A DNA stretch of 64,000 bases, from assembly GCA_046331705.1 (NCBI GenBank), contig JAXLQJ010000021.1, positions 1-64,000 of the forward strand, given 5' to 3'. A model generated the notes under the pieces. That model saw only the letters and a program-made list of their open reading frames with translations, was not told where the DNA came from and made no database searches. A program made the position numbers and the translations under genes. This DNA is from a bacterium (GTDB lineage: Bacteria; JADJOY01). Every line of letters starts with the position of its first letter. The first letter of the stretch is position 1. Of the stretch, positions 9,349-18,799 are shown piece by piece.

Positions 9349-10740
9349 ATGGGCGTCTCGCTCACGCCATGCGTGTCGTTTTCTGCTTCTCGGGTCCGTG
9401 CTCCGCGCGCGACACGCGCAAGCCCGTTCCTCGGCGCCGTGCTCGCGCTCGGAGTGTTCTCGGCGTCACCGGCTGCAGCCGGGCCGCTTCTCGACAAAGC
9501 GCTCGCGTATTCGCAGAACTTCCAGGACGTTCACTCGCCGGCGTTCGGTTGCTCGGTGGAGGTGCAGTTCGCCAGCCCCTCCGACCCCACGGTGGTCGCC
9601 TATCACGACGAGGGCGATTCCTCGATCTGGACCGGCAACTACGTCGCCGCCGAGGCGTACCGTTACGCCGTCACCCACGATCCCCAAGCCAAGGCGTTCG
9701 GATTGCGCAGCGTGAACTGCCTGCTGGCGCTCGAGGAGGTCACCGGGAAGCCGGGATTCATCGCGCGCTGGGTGGGCCCCGCCGAGCCGCCGTACTACTT
9801 CGGCGGCTGCGAGGGTGATTGCCATCTCGTCACCGAGGGGCCGTACGCCGGCACCTTCTGGCTCGGCAACACGAGCTCCGACCAGTACCTCGGCTGGTGG
9901 TACGGCCTCTCGCACGCCTACGACTACTTGCTCGACTCGCCCGACGACGAGCCGACGCGCCAGCGCATCCGCGGTGCTTTCTCGCGCGTGGTGGACACAC
10001 TCCTCGCCGACAACTACCTGATCGTCGATCCCGACGGCACCGTGAGCACCGCCGGCCCCGACCAGCACGGCCACAAGATGATGTCGTACATCTCGATCAC
10101 GGCGCACGCCGTGGGCGAGCCGTACGCGAGCATGCTGCCGCAGATCTACAGCGAGAACCTGCTCGATTACCTGCTGCTCACGCTCTACCCGATCACCCGC
10201 TGGTTCCAGTACTACGCGTTTCACCTCGGCCACATGGCGCAGCACATGGTGATGAAGTGGGAGACGATGCCGTTCTGGGCCGAGATCCACAAGACGATGC
10301 TGCGCGATCGCCTCTACGCGCTGGTGAAGGACACGCAGCAGGTGATGTTCGACTACATCGCGTTCGGCATGGGCGCCGCGACGCCGACCCCCGACCAGCT
10401 CGACCAGGACCGCGCCGCGCTCGCCGCCTTTCCCGATCCGCCGAAGCGACGCCTCAACCCCGCGCAAGGCGCGTTCGAATGGGATCCGTTCCCGGCCCAG
10501 ATGAACGACATCATCGAGTTCATCGAGACGCTGCTCCCCACCCTCGACCTGCCCCATTTCAACGAGCAGGCGCTCGAGCCCTTCCCGCTCGACGAACGCT
10601 GCGTCACCGGCTTCCGCTGGCAGACGCCGCCGTACGAGGTCTGCGGCGGCAGCGACCCGGCCTTCGAATATCCAGGTGAGGACTACCTCGTCGCCTACTG
10701 GCTGGGCCGCTACCACGGCTTCCTGAGCGAAGCCGACTGA
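9349..10740 (+). CDS. Secreted hypothetical protein, probably alpha-helical and possibly glycosidase-like
   Basis: RBS GGAGG; signal-like segment ending ASPAAA; normal composition; blocks SIWTGNY, EAYRYAVT, NTSSDQYLG, DYLVAYWLGRY. Confidence 0.75.
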   Translation: MGVSLTPCVSFSASRVRAPRATRASPFLGAVLALGVFSASPAAAGPLLDKALAYSQNFQDVHSPAFGCSVEVQFASPSDPTVVAYHDEGDSSIWTGNYVAAEAYRYAVTHDPQAKAFGLRSVNCLLALEEVTGKPGFIARWVGPAEPPYYFGGCEGDCHLVTEGPYAGTFWLGNTSSDQYLGWWYGLSHAYDYLLDSPDDEPTRQRIRGAFSRVVDTLLADNYLIVDPDGTVSTAGPDQHGHKMMSYISITAHAVGEPYASMLPQIYSENLLDYLLLTLYPITRWFQYYAFHLGHMAQHMVMKWETMPFWAEIHKTMLRDRLYALVKDTQQVMFDYIAFGMGAATPTPDQLDQDRAALAAFPDPPKRRLNPAQGAFEWDPFPAQMNDIIEFIETLLPTLDLPHFNEQALEPFPLDERCVTGFRWQTPPYEVCGGSDPAFEYPGEDYLVAYWLGRYHGFLSEAD

Positions 10741-10769
10741 GCGAGGCCGGCGCAGGAAAGCCGGCGGAG

Positions 10770-11438
10770 ATGCCGATCGACCCGCCGCCGTCGCGGCGCT
10801 GGCGGCGCCGAGCCACCGGGCTCACCGCGACGGCGTCGGCTGTCGCCGCGTGGCTGATTCTCGGCGAGTGGCCGGGCACCGAGGGCTCTCTCACCATCAC
10901 GCCGCCGCTCGAGCCGGCGCAGCGCGCGTACCTCGGCGCGTTTCACGCCAGCCGTCGTGTCGCTCGCGACCCAGCCGTCCTCGGCGACGTTCCGGATCCA
11001 GCGCGCGACGCCGTACACCTGCCGCTCGGTCCCGAGGCTGTCTACTTCGTGGCCGACGTCAACGACGAGACCACGGGATCCGGAGTCACCGACGTGAATC
11101 GCCCAGCGCTCGGCCAACCGAGCCTGTATTGCGATTGGGTGCCCACGAGCGACGGCAGCGCGCTCGAATGGGCCGGTGAGGACTCGTTCGAAGCGCCCGT
11201 GGAGTGGATCGCGTATCTCGATGCAACGTTCCTCGGCCCATGGCAACGCCAGGTCACGGGCCACGTCGACTGGTACACGATGGAGGGCGCGGCCGTTCGC
11301 GTCGAGATCGTGAAGGGCCAAGCGATCCTGACCGAGCTCTCGCTCGCCCATCGAGCTCGCGCATGGACGCGAGTCCTGCGCGCGATCGCGATCCTCGGCA
11401 CGCGACGCCTGCTCGGGCTACCGCTCCACGGCGGCTGA
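10770..11438 (+). CDS. Hypothetical protein with an N-terminal hydrophobic segment
   Basis: Follows the previous gene after 29 nt with a GGAG RBS; Trp-rich core QPSLYCDWVPTSDGSALEW...VEWIAYL...FLGPW. Confidence 0.7.
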   Translation: MPIDPPPSRRWRRRATGLTATASAVAAWLILGEWPGTEGSLTITPPLEPAQRAYLGAFHASRRVARDPAVLGDVPDPARDAVHLPLGPEAVYFVADVNDETTGSGVTDVNRPALGQPSLYCDWVPTSDGSALEWAGEDSFEAPVEWIAYLDATFLGPWQRQVTGHVDWYTMEGAAVRVEIVKGQAILTELSLAHRARAWTRVLRAIAILGTRRLLGLPLHGG

Positions 11439-11511
11439 CGCCGCGCCCGCAGGATGAGCACGCGACGAGCGCTCGGCGTGCCACCGATCCTTTGGCGACG
11501 ACGCCCTGCGC

Positions 11512-12003
11512 TCACTCCACGCGCACGACGAGCGTGCGCATCGGCGCACCGGGCAGCGGGATCTGGCTGAGACGGATCGCTCGCGGTCCGTCCGCTTCGA
11601 CGCGCACCTGGCACGAGTCGATCGGCCCCGCCGTGTACGCCGCCTGATTCCGGTTCCGCGGGTTGTCTTCGTCCACGTGGCGCCGCAACAGACAGCGAAT
11701 CACTCCCGTGGCTTCAACCTCGTGGCAGAAGCCATCGCGCGCAGGCAGCACCACCGTCTTCAGCTCCTCAGCGACCTCTTCGGCGAGCACCACGAGATGC
11801 GCGTCGCAAGCGGATTGCCGCGCCGCCTGACGACGCCGCGCCTCGACCATCGGATCGTGAGCCAGCACGTACACGATCGTGCCAACTCCCACGGTGACGA
11901 TCGTGAGCAAACCGAGCCAATCGGTCTTGACGTTGGTCGTCGAACGAGCTTCTCGCAGCATCGTTCCAGAATCCAGTTTCACACGGCCATCTCGCGCTTC
12001 CAT
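11512..12003 (-). CDS. Single-TM pilin-like protein with an HxDEDNP domain (paralog 1)
   Basis: Start ATG 12003 (or 11961); TM WLGLLTIVTVGVGTIVYVL; four Cys; aligns with the C-terminal part of 12012-12734 and with 18796-19185. Confidence 0.75.
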   Translation of the reverse strand: MEARDGRVKLDSGTMLREARSTTNVKTDWLGLLTIVTVGVGTIVYVLAHDPMVEARRRQAARQSACDAHLVVLAEEVAEELKTVVLPARDGFCHEVEATGVIRCLLRRHVDEDNPRNRNQAAYTAGPIDSCQVRVEADGPRAIRLSQIPLPGAPMRTLVVRVE

Positions 12004-12011
12004 CCGCTGGA

Positions 12012-12734
12012 TCAATCCACCCGGATCGAGAAGGTCCGCGTCGCACCGCCGACGTGAGGTCTCTGCGCGAACGTGATGCCGTTGGTGCTGAGCGGCGCGA
12101 GCTGGACCTGGCAGGCATCCGGAATGCCCAGCGTGTAGGCGTGCTGCTTCCTGTCGAGTGGATTGTCCTCGTCGAGGTGCTCGGTGACGATGCAGCGGGC
12201 GATCGCCGCGGGATCGTCCCCGGCGCAGCGTCGATTGACGTCGCCACGCAACGCGGCATCGAGCTCGTTGGCGACCTCGCCGTTGAGCGCGACGTAGACG
12301 TTGTCGCAGGTTGCGTTGCGGCTGCGCTCGCCGTGGAACAGGAGCTCGTGAGACAAGTGCGGAAGCGCGCCGGCTGCGAGCATCACCAACGCCAGGACAT
12401 CGAGCCCGCTCGAGTCGTTGGAATGCCGCCGCGCCCACAGCGCGAGCCAGATTCCCGCTTGAGCGAATGTCGCGATCACACAGATCGGCCCGGAAGCACG
12501 AGCTTCGCGCGCCAACGCAGCGAGCGGCGTGACCAGCACGGTGAGCACCGCGGCCCAACCCCACTCCCCCGCCTGTCGCAGCCACCACGCGGTGATGGCC
12601 GAGGCGAAGACGAGCACGAGGATCCAGATGGGCGCCGACGACGCTCGAAACCCCGCGCTCGACGACGCGAGCGCCAAGCGTCTCGCACGTTCGGCGGACC
12701 GCAAGAGCCGGTCGTCATTCGGTGAGGTACCCAT
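12012..12734 (-). CDS. Four-TM membrane protein with a C-terminal pilin-like HxDEDNP domain (paralog 2)
   Basis: Start ATG 12734 just downstream of a sigma54 promoter; four hydrophobic helices then ATCDNVYVALNGEVANEL...HLDEDNPLDRKQHAY...CQV...RTFSIRVD. Confidence 0.78.
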   Translation of the reverse strand: MGTSPNDDRLLRSAERARRLALASSSAGFRASSAPIWILVLVFASAITAWWLRQAGEWGWAAVLTVLVTPLAALAREARASGPICVIATFAQAGIWLALWARRHSNDSSGLDVLALVMLAAGALPHLSHELLFHGERSRNATCDNVYVALNGEVANELDAALRGDVNRRCAGDDPAAIARCIVTEHLDEDNPLDRKQHAYTLGIPDACQVQLAPLSTNGITFAQRPHVGGATRTFSIRVD

Positions 12735-12767
12735 GTTTGCCGGGCTGATCGTGGCGTGACGCCGAGA

Positions 12768-12781
12768 GCAACCCACATGCC
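12768..12781 (-). promoter_or_regulatory. Sigma54 -24/-12 promoter (GGCATGTGGGTTGC)
   Basis: GG-N10-GC with GGCA and TTGC on the minus strand, 33 nt upstream of ATG 12734. Confidence 0.7.
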
Positions 12782-12847
12782 TCGCCCAGTCCGATCGCTT
12801 TCATGAGTAGGTTTCGTGCGCCTGCCGCGGTGCGGCCCTGTCGCACT

Positions 12848-12883
12848 CGTTCCCAGGTGAGAAATCCCGTTCCCACCTGAGAA
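12848..12883. promoter_or_regulatory. Tandem near-palindromic sites CGTTCCCA(GG/CC)TGAGAA with 20-bp period; candidate enhancer (UAS)
   Basis: Copies at 12848-12863 and 12868-12883 are identical except for the central 2 bp; they lie between two divergent sigma54 promoters. Confidence 0.7.
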
Positions 12884-13039
12884 CGTCTCCGGTTGGCCTT
12901 CGACGACGCTCACGGGCGCCACGGCAACCCTGCATCATCGAGGGCGCGGCTCCCGCAACGACTTTCGCCGCGCCAGGCGGCCGCACGGCCGCCCCTACGG
13001 ACACGGCAAATCGATGGCTCGAGAGCTCGATCGCGCTCG

Positions 13040-13053
13040 GGCACACGCGTTGC
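13040..13053 (+). promoter_or_regulatory. Sigma54 -24/-12 promoter (GGCACACGCGTTGC)
   Basis: Exact GGCAC-N5-TTGC upstream of ATG 13108. Confidence 0.75.
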
Positions 13054-13107
13054 TCTCTGCGCCTCTATCGGCGGCACGCCCCGAGGCCACCGCGAAGGGA
13101 CGAAACC

Positions 13108-14424
13108 ATGAGCGACGAGATCCTGCGAGCCACACCCGCCTCCGAGACCGATCCGGCGGCCGGCCCGGGCGACACGCCGATCGGTGCGGTGCGCGCACAG
13201 TCACCGCAACCGGTTCCGCAGCCGCTCGTCGAGCGGTGGGCGCGGACGCGGGCCACCCAGCGCTGGAATCCGTTCTACGTGCTGAGCGCCTTCTCGATGC
13301 TCGCGAGCTGCTATGCGCTCAATTACGACTTCATGCGCGGCCCGGAATCGCTTGCCGAGATCGCGCGACCGCTCGTCGCGTTGCAGATCTACGAGGTGCT
13401 CGTGCTCGCGACGGCGATCTTCCTGGTCCGCACCGAGCGCGCCCCCGGCGATGCTCGCATGCTGGCGCTCATCGAGGCTCCGTTCTTGGTGGACGTCACC
13501 TATTTCCTGGGCGAGGCGGCCACCTTCGATCCTCGCGCGGGTACGTGGCTGGGCGCGGGCGCCTTCGTGCTGGCGCTCGCCAAGCTCGCGGCCGTCAACG
13601 CCGGCATGGGCCTGGGCTGGCAGCGCGGCGAGCGCGCCCACTTCGTGCTGCTGCTGGGATTGCTCCACGCGCTCCCGCCAGTGCTGATGCGCTGCATCGC
13701 CGTTGGGCCAGTCCATCCGATGGTGCTGCACGCCGCGTGGTGGTGCGTCGCGGCAGCACTCTCGACGAAACCCGATCACGTCGTCACCCGCCACGTCGAC
13801 GTGCGCACCGATCTCGGCCATTCGGTCGAGGCGCTCTTTCGCCGCGTGCTGCTGGTCGCGCTCGCGGGCTCGCTGGTGGCGCATCTCGCCGTGCTCCACT
13901 TCGTCCACGACGTCACCTACTTCCGCGGCAACGCGTCGCCCATCCTGCTCGCCTTCGCGGCGCTGCTCACGCGCGAGCGCTTCCAGAACGTGGCGCCGCG
14001 CCTGCGGCTCCGCTCGATCGCGCTGCTGCCGCTGGTTGCGATCGCCCTCGAGCTCACGCCGCCGCGCGGCGCGCTGCGCCCGATTCCCGCGCTGGGCGAT
14101 GTCACGATCTCGCCGTACTGGCTGGTGCTGGCCGGCGCCGCGGTGGTGTACGTGCTCGCCTTCCTGCGTCTCGGCACCGCCCGATTCGGGGTGCTCGCCG
14201 CTTGCACCGCCATCGCCGCGGCCTGCGGTCAGACGCCGCGTGAGACCGCCCACGCGCTCGCGACCCGCGCCGACGACGCCTGGCTCGCCGCCTCGGCGCT
14301 CGTCCCTCGCACCCTCGCCGAATGGGGTGCGATCGGCTTGGTGGTCGCATTCGCGTTCTTGGGCGCCGGCATTCGCGCGAGCGTGCGAACCCGGCCCGAA
14401 CCGTTGGCGCGAGCGAGCAGCTGA
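13108..14424 (+). CDS. Uncharacterised polytopic membrane protein
   Basis: Roughly 10-12 hydrophobic segments; blocks WNPFYVLSA, LQIYEVL, GDARML and FLVD. Confidence 0.8.
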   Translation: MSDEILRATPASETDPAAGPGDTPIGAVRAQSPQPVPQPLVERWARTRATQRWNPFYVLSAFSMLASCYALNYDFMRGPESLAEIARPLVALQIYEVLVLATAIFLVRTERAPGDARMLALIEAPFLVDVTYFLGEAATFDPRAGTWLGAGAFVLALAKLAAVNAGMGLGWQRGERAHFVLLLGLLHALPPVLMRCIAVGPVHPMVLHAAWWCVAAALSTKPDHVVTRHVDVRTDLGHSVEALFRRVLLVALAGSLVAHLAVLHFVHDVTYFRGNASPILLAFAALLTRERFQNVAPRLRLRSIALLPLVAIALELTPPRGALRPIPALGDVTISPYWLVLAGAAVVYVLAFLRLGTARFGVLAACTAIAAACGQTPRETAHALATRADDAWLAASALVPRTLAEWGAIGLVVAFAFLGAGIRASVRTRPEPLARASS

Positions 14425-14476
14425 GAGCTGCGCGTGGATCGAGGGGTAGAATGCCACCGGATCCGGGTGCCCCGCG

Positions 14477-16105
14477 ATGAGCATTTCCCCGACGATGGAC
14501 CTACGCGCCCTCGCGGTGCTGGCCGTGCTGGCGATCCACGCGCTGCTGGTGGGATTCGCGCTCACGAAGCGCCCTACGCCGCCTGCCGCGCAGCGTTTCG
14601 CGATCCAGGCCGGGTTGGTATTCCTGTGGAGCGCGGGCCGTCTGCTCACCTTCGCCAACGCCACCGAGACGGGCTTGTCGATCGCGACGCTCGCCGGGCT
14701 CGCGAGCGTGGTCGCGCTGGCGTGGCATCTCGGCGCGACCCGCATCGTGCTACCGCTCTCGATTTCCGGCGTCGCGCTCTTTCTCGGGCACGCCCTCGCC
14801 GGTTCGAGGCCACCCGCGCTCGCCGCGCCCTGGCTCGGTGCCGCCGGCGGGATCTATCTCCTCGCTCCCACGGCGTGGCGCGTCCGGCGCGGCGGCGCGA
14901 CGACTGTGCCGGCGTCGAGTGTCGCGATCGAGCTTCGCGCCGCCACTCCGATCCTCGCCGCGGGCGGCCTCTGGCACGCGCTCGCCGCCATCGCGCACGT
15001 TCCCGGACCGCGCCTCGACGTGGTCGGCGTGCTCGCCTCGGAAGCCGCCGTGCTGGCGATGATCCGCTCGCGCCAGCTCGATCTCGAGCCCGAGGCCGGC
15101 TCGGTGGTCGTGCGCCTGTGTCAGGCGGTGGCCACCTCGGCGGTGGTGCTGGTGGGTGTCGCGATCGTGCAGCGCTACGCCGGTGTCTCGATGGACCCAT
15201 CGGCGGTCACGTCGCTCTCGGCGCTTGCGTTCGCGGCCACGTGGCTGCTCGGCGGATCGGCGCGGTGGATCGAGCCGATCGTCGAGCGAACGCTCTTTCC
15301 GGAGCGAGCCCGCTACCGGGCGCTCGCGCTCGAGCTGGCGGCGGAGCGCGAGAGCCTGCGCAGTCGCCTGGCCGAGAGCGAGCGGCTCGCGCTGGTCGGC
15401 GAGCTGGCGGCGACCGTCGCTCACGAGATCAAGAACCCACTCGGCCCCATCAAGGGGTTCGCGCAGATGATTGCCGAGGACCTCGAGCGCGCCGACGCGC
15501 CGCTCGACCGTGACGTGCTCAAGCGACGGGTGGGCGTGATCGTCGAGGAGGTCGAGCGGATCGACGAGCGAATCCGCCAGCTGCTCGATCGCGCACGCGA
15601 CCGGGCGGAGACTCCCAGCGCCTGCGCGCTCAACGAGATGCTCGAGCGCTCGATGCTGCTGGTCGCGGGCGACGCGTCGCGGCGACGCGCGGTTCGGCTG
15701 GGCTCGGCGCTCGCCGCCACCAGCCAGCTTCCGCCGCTCGTGCTGCGACGGCGATCGTTCGAGAGCGCGATGGTGAACTTGCTGCTCAACGCCCTCGATG
15801 CGGTCGCGGACGAAGGGGCGATCGAGGTGTGTACGGCGCTGCGCGGCGAAGCGCAACGAGGGATCGAGGTCCAGGTGAGGGACGACGGCTGCGGAATCGC
15901 GCCGGAGCGGCTCGCGCGCATCTTCGATCCATTCGTGAGCGGGCGCGCCGACGGCGTGGGGCTGGGGCTCGGGATCGCCCGGCGTGCCATCGAGGCGGAC
16001 GGCGGCACGATCGCCGTCGAGAGCCGCCTCGGCCACGGCACCGTCGTCACGATCCGGCTCGCGCTTCCAGAACCGGCGTCGTGCGATCGAGCGAGGTCGC
16101 CATGA
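14477..16105 (+). CDS. Membrane-bound sensor histidine kinase
   Basis: Multi-TM N-terminus; H-box AHEIKNPL, N-box NLLLNA, DDGCGI and GVGLGL. Confidence 0.92.
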   Translation: MSISPTMDLRALAVLAVLAIHALLVGFALTKRPTPPAAQRFAIQAGLVFLWSAGRLLTFANATETGLSIATLAGLASVVALAWHLGATRIVLPLSISGVALFLGHALAGSRPPALAAPWLGAAGGIYLLAPTAWRVRRGGATTVPASSVAIELRAATPILAAGGLWHALAAIAHVPGPRLDVVGVLASEAAVLAMIRSRQLDLEPEAGSVVVRLCQAVATSAVVLVGVAIVQRYAGVSMDPSAVTSLSALAFAATWLLGGSARWIEPIVERTLFPERARYRALALELAAERESLRSRLAESERLALVGELAATVAHEIKNPLGPIKGFAQMIAEDLERADAPLDRDVLKRRVGVIVEEVERIDERIRQLLDRARDRAETPSACALNEMLERSMLLVAGDASRRRAVRLGSALAATSQLPPLVLRRRSFESAMVNLLLNALDAVADEGAIEVCTALRGEAQRGIEVQVRDDGCGIAPERLARIFDPFVSGRADGVGLGLGIARRAIEADGGTIAVESRLGHGTVVTIRLALPEPASCDRARSP

Positions 16106-17535
16106 CACGCGCCTTGGTCGTGGATGACGAGCGCAACATGCGGCTCATGCTCGCCGAGCTCTTGACCGGCGAGGGCTACACGGTGCTCGAGGCCGCCGAT
16201 GGACGCGCGGCATTCGATTGCCTGGACGGCGACGTCCCGTTCGAGCTCGTGGTCCTCGATCTCAGGCTTCCGGACGTGAACGGCCTCGAGATCCTGGAGC
16301 GCATCCGCGCAAGCCGCCCGTCGCTGCCGGTGGTGGTGCTCACCGCGCACGGCACCATCGACGCGGCCGTGGGCGCGATGCGGCGCGGCGCCTTCGACTT
16401 CCTGGTGAAACCCGTCGACGTGTCGCGGATGCGCGAGCTGGTGCGCCGCGTGCGCGGGTCGGGCGAGCTGGCCGACCGGGCACGGCTCGCGAGCCCGCGG
16501 GTGGACGCGAGCGAGGACACGCTGCCGATCGTGGGTGCCTCGCGCGGGTTGCGCGACGTGCTGGCGACGATACACAAGGTGGCCGCCACCGACGCCTCGG
16601 TGCTGATCACTGGCGAGAGCGGCACCGGCAAGGAGCTGATCGCGCGTGCGCTGCACTCGAACAGCAACCGCAAGAGCGGGCCGTTCGTTTCGCTCAACTG
16701 CGCGGCGCTCCCCGAGACGCTGCTCGAAAGCGAGCTGTTCGGCTTCGAGAAGGGCTCGTTCACCGGCGCTCATGCGCGCAAGCTCGGCACCTTCGAGCTG
16801 GCGCAGGGCGGCACCCTCTTCCTCGACGAGATCGGCGACATGGCGCAGGCGCTGCAAGCGAAGATCCTGCGTGCGCTCCAGGAGCGAAGGATCACGCGGA
16901 TCGGCGGCGATCGCGAGCTCGAGGTCGATGTTCGGCTCATCTCCGCGACCCACCGCGATCTCGCTGCGGCGATCCAGGCGGGGCGGTTTCGCAGCGACCT
17001 CTACTACCGGTTGAACGTGATCGCGGTTCACCTGCCGCCCCTGCGCGAGCGTCGCGACGACATTCCCGACCTCGCTCGCCACTTCGCGGAGCGAAGCGCG
17101 CGCAGGCACGGCCGATCGTTCGCGGGATTCTCGCCGGACGCGATCTCCGCGCTCTGCGCCCACGCGTGGCCCGGCAACATCCGCGAGCTCGAGAACGCCG
17201 TCGAGAAGGGACTACTACTCGGCGAGGACGCGATGCTCGCGAGCCTCGGGCCGCTCGCTTCACCCTCGCCCTCCGCGACCATCGCACCCTTCGTCACGAG
17301 CAGCGTTGCCCGCCGGAGCGCCGCCACGCTCAAGGACGCCGTCGCGAGCGCCGAGCGCCAGGCGATCGTCGACTCGCTCGCGGCCGCACGCGGCAACAAG
17401 CGCGAGGCCGCGCGCATCCTCGACGTGAGCTACAAGACGCTCTTCAACAAGCTGCGCGAGCTGGGCATCCAGACGCGGGTCGAGGTCGATGTCACCCGTC
17501 CCGGCGAAGCAGGCTCTTCCGCGGACGATGCGTAG
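16102..17535 (+). CDS. NtrC-family sigma54-dependent response regulator (REC-AAA+-Fis HTH)
   Basis: ATGA overlap with the kinase; LVVDD receiver, GESGTGKE, GSFTGA, LFLDEIG, WPGNIREL and C-terminal HTH. Confidence 0.95.
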   Translation: MTRALVVDDERNMRLMLAELLTGEGYTVLEAADGRAAFDCLDGDVPFELVVLDLRLPDVNGLEILERIRASRPSLPVVVLTAHGTIDAAVGAMRRGAFDFLVKPVDVSRMRELVRRVRGSGELADRARLASPRVDASEDTLPIVGASRGLRDVLATIHKVAATDASVLITGESGTGKELIARALHSNSNRKSGPFVSLNCAALPETLLESELFGFEKGSFTGAHARKLGTFELAQGGTLFLDEIGDMAQALQAKILRALQERRITRIGGDRELEVDVRLISATHRDLAAAIQAGRFRSDLYYRLNVIAVHLPPLRERRDDIPDLARHFAERSARRHGRSFAGFSPDAISALCAHAWPGNIRELENAVEKGLLLGEDAMLASLGPLASPSPSATIAPFVTSSVARRSAATLKDAVASAERQAIVDSLAAARGNKREAARILDVSYKTLFNKLRELGIQTRVEVDVTRPGEAGSSADDA

Positions 17536-17608
17536 CGCGCGAACCCGGCCCGTCGTGCCAGCGCCGCATCCGCCGCCAGCGTCCAGTGCTTCGCCCTCGA
17601 TCGGGCGC

Positions 17609-17642
17609 TGACCACCTGAGAACGGGCTGACCCAGGTGGGTC
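17609..17642. promoter_or_regulatory. Second tandem CA(CC/GG)TG site pair with 20-bp period; candidate UAS
   Basis: TGACCACCTGAGAA (17609-17622) and GACCCAGGTGGGTC (17629-17642); shares the 13-mer CCACCTGAGAACG with 12873-12885. Confidence 0.65.
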
Positions 17643-17718
17643 GCGGCGGGCATCGCGTCTGCGACCATTCGGACCGTTTTCGCGGGTGATCTCGGCGCAG
17701 CGAGCGCTCGCCTCCGGC

Positions 17719-17732
17719 GGCACGCGGCTTGC
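17719..17732 (+). promoter_or_regulatory. Sigma54 -24/-12 promoter (GGCACGCGGCTTGC)
   Basis: Exact GGCACG-N4-TTGC, 17 nt upstream of ATG 17750. Confidence 0.75.
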
Positions 17733-17749
17733 GCTACCGATCGCCTGCC

Positions 17750-18799
17750 ATGAACGAGCCCCGCACGCGCTCGCGCGACGTCTCTGCTCGCCTCGCGTCT
17801 CGAGTCGTCGCGCTGTTGCGCCGGCCCGTCTTGCCTGGTCCGGACGGTCCCTCGCGGTGGATCCCCTGGCTCGGCGCGCTGTTCACGATGGGCGTGGCGG
17901 CGGCGATCGGCGCGCCGCAGCTTCTCGGCGCACGCGAGAAGGCGCGCAGCGCGACGTCCGACAACCTCTACGTCGCGCTCAGCGGCGAGGTCGCGAGCGA
18001 GTTGGAAGGGGCGCTCAACGGCGGCACGGGCACGCTCGGTCCCGTCCCGAGCGTGGCGGCGTTGGTGGTTCCACCGCCGGCCCGCCTGCCACGATCCGCG
18101 ACACGAGCCGTCGTCTACTCGGGCGAGATGACGCTCGTGGCGCTCGACGTGCGACGGACAGCCTCGCGCGTGGTGCGCATCACGGAGAGCGTCGGCGGAA
18201 CCGTCGTGGCGCAAACCATCACCGGCGGTCGGCGCGAGCCCGCCAGCGCGACTCTCTCGCTGCGGGTGCCAACTCCCACCTTCCAGCCCGTGACCGAGCA
18301 GCTCGCCGCACTCGGTCACGTCGAGCATCAAACGGCCAAGGCCGTCGATCGGACCGACGACCACGCCGACCTCGAAGCGCGGCTGGTGGCGAAGCGGGCG
18401 CTGGAAACGCGATTGCTCGCGCTGCTCGAGCGCGCACCGGCGAACCTCGCGGACACACTCGCGGTCGAGACGGAGCTGGCGCGGGTGCGCGAGGAGATCG
18501 AGACGCTCGTCGGTCGCGGCGCCGGCCTGAGCTCGAGCGTGGAGCTCGCCGCGCTCGAGGTTCGGATCGACGAAGCGACGGGCGAGGCGCGCGGCTTCCG
18601 CGGCCGGCTGGCCGAACGGGCGGCCGCGATGCGCGCGTCGCTGGCGCGGTTCGCCGAAGCGCTCGGGCGCGTGGCCGCAGACGGCTTGCTGATCGCGCTT
18701 CCGCTCTCGCTCGCCGCGGCCGCGACGCTCGGCTGGGCGCGCCGGCGACGCCGCTCGCCGCGACCCGCGCGCCGCCCGATCGCCGAGGCACGGCGATGA
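17750..18799 (+). CDS. Membrane protein: N-terminal half of the pilin-like domain fused to a DUF4349-like domain
   Basis: TM plus GAPQLLGAREKARSATSDNLYVALSGEVASEL; then LSLRVP, DRTDDHADLEARL, LAVETELARVREEIE and a C-terminal TM, typical of DUF4349. Confidence 0.8.
   Translation: MNEPRTRSRDVSARLASRVVALLRRPVLPGPDGPSRWIPWLGALFTMGVAAAIGAPQLLGAREKARSATSDNLYVALSGEVASELEGALNGGTGTLGPVPSVAALVVPPPARLPRSATRAVVYSGEMTLVALDVRRTASRVVRITESVGGTVVAQTITGGRREPASATLSLRVPTPTFQPVTEQLAALGHVEHQTAKAVDRTDDHADLEARLVAKRALETRLLALLERAPANLADTLAVETELARVREEIETLVGRGAGLSSSVELAALEVRIDEATGEARGFRGRLAERAAAMRASLARFAEALGRVAADGLLIALPLSLAAAATLGWARRRRRSPRPARRPIAEARR

Noticed and set aside
17686-18795. Open alternative frame that could join the two half-domains by a ribosomal frameshift
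   Set aside because: No slippery sequence seen, the translation is Arg-rich noise, and the downstream gene has its own coupled ATG and hydrophobic leader.
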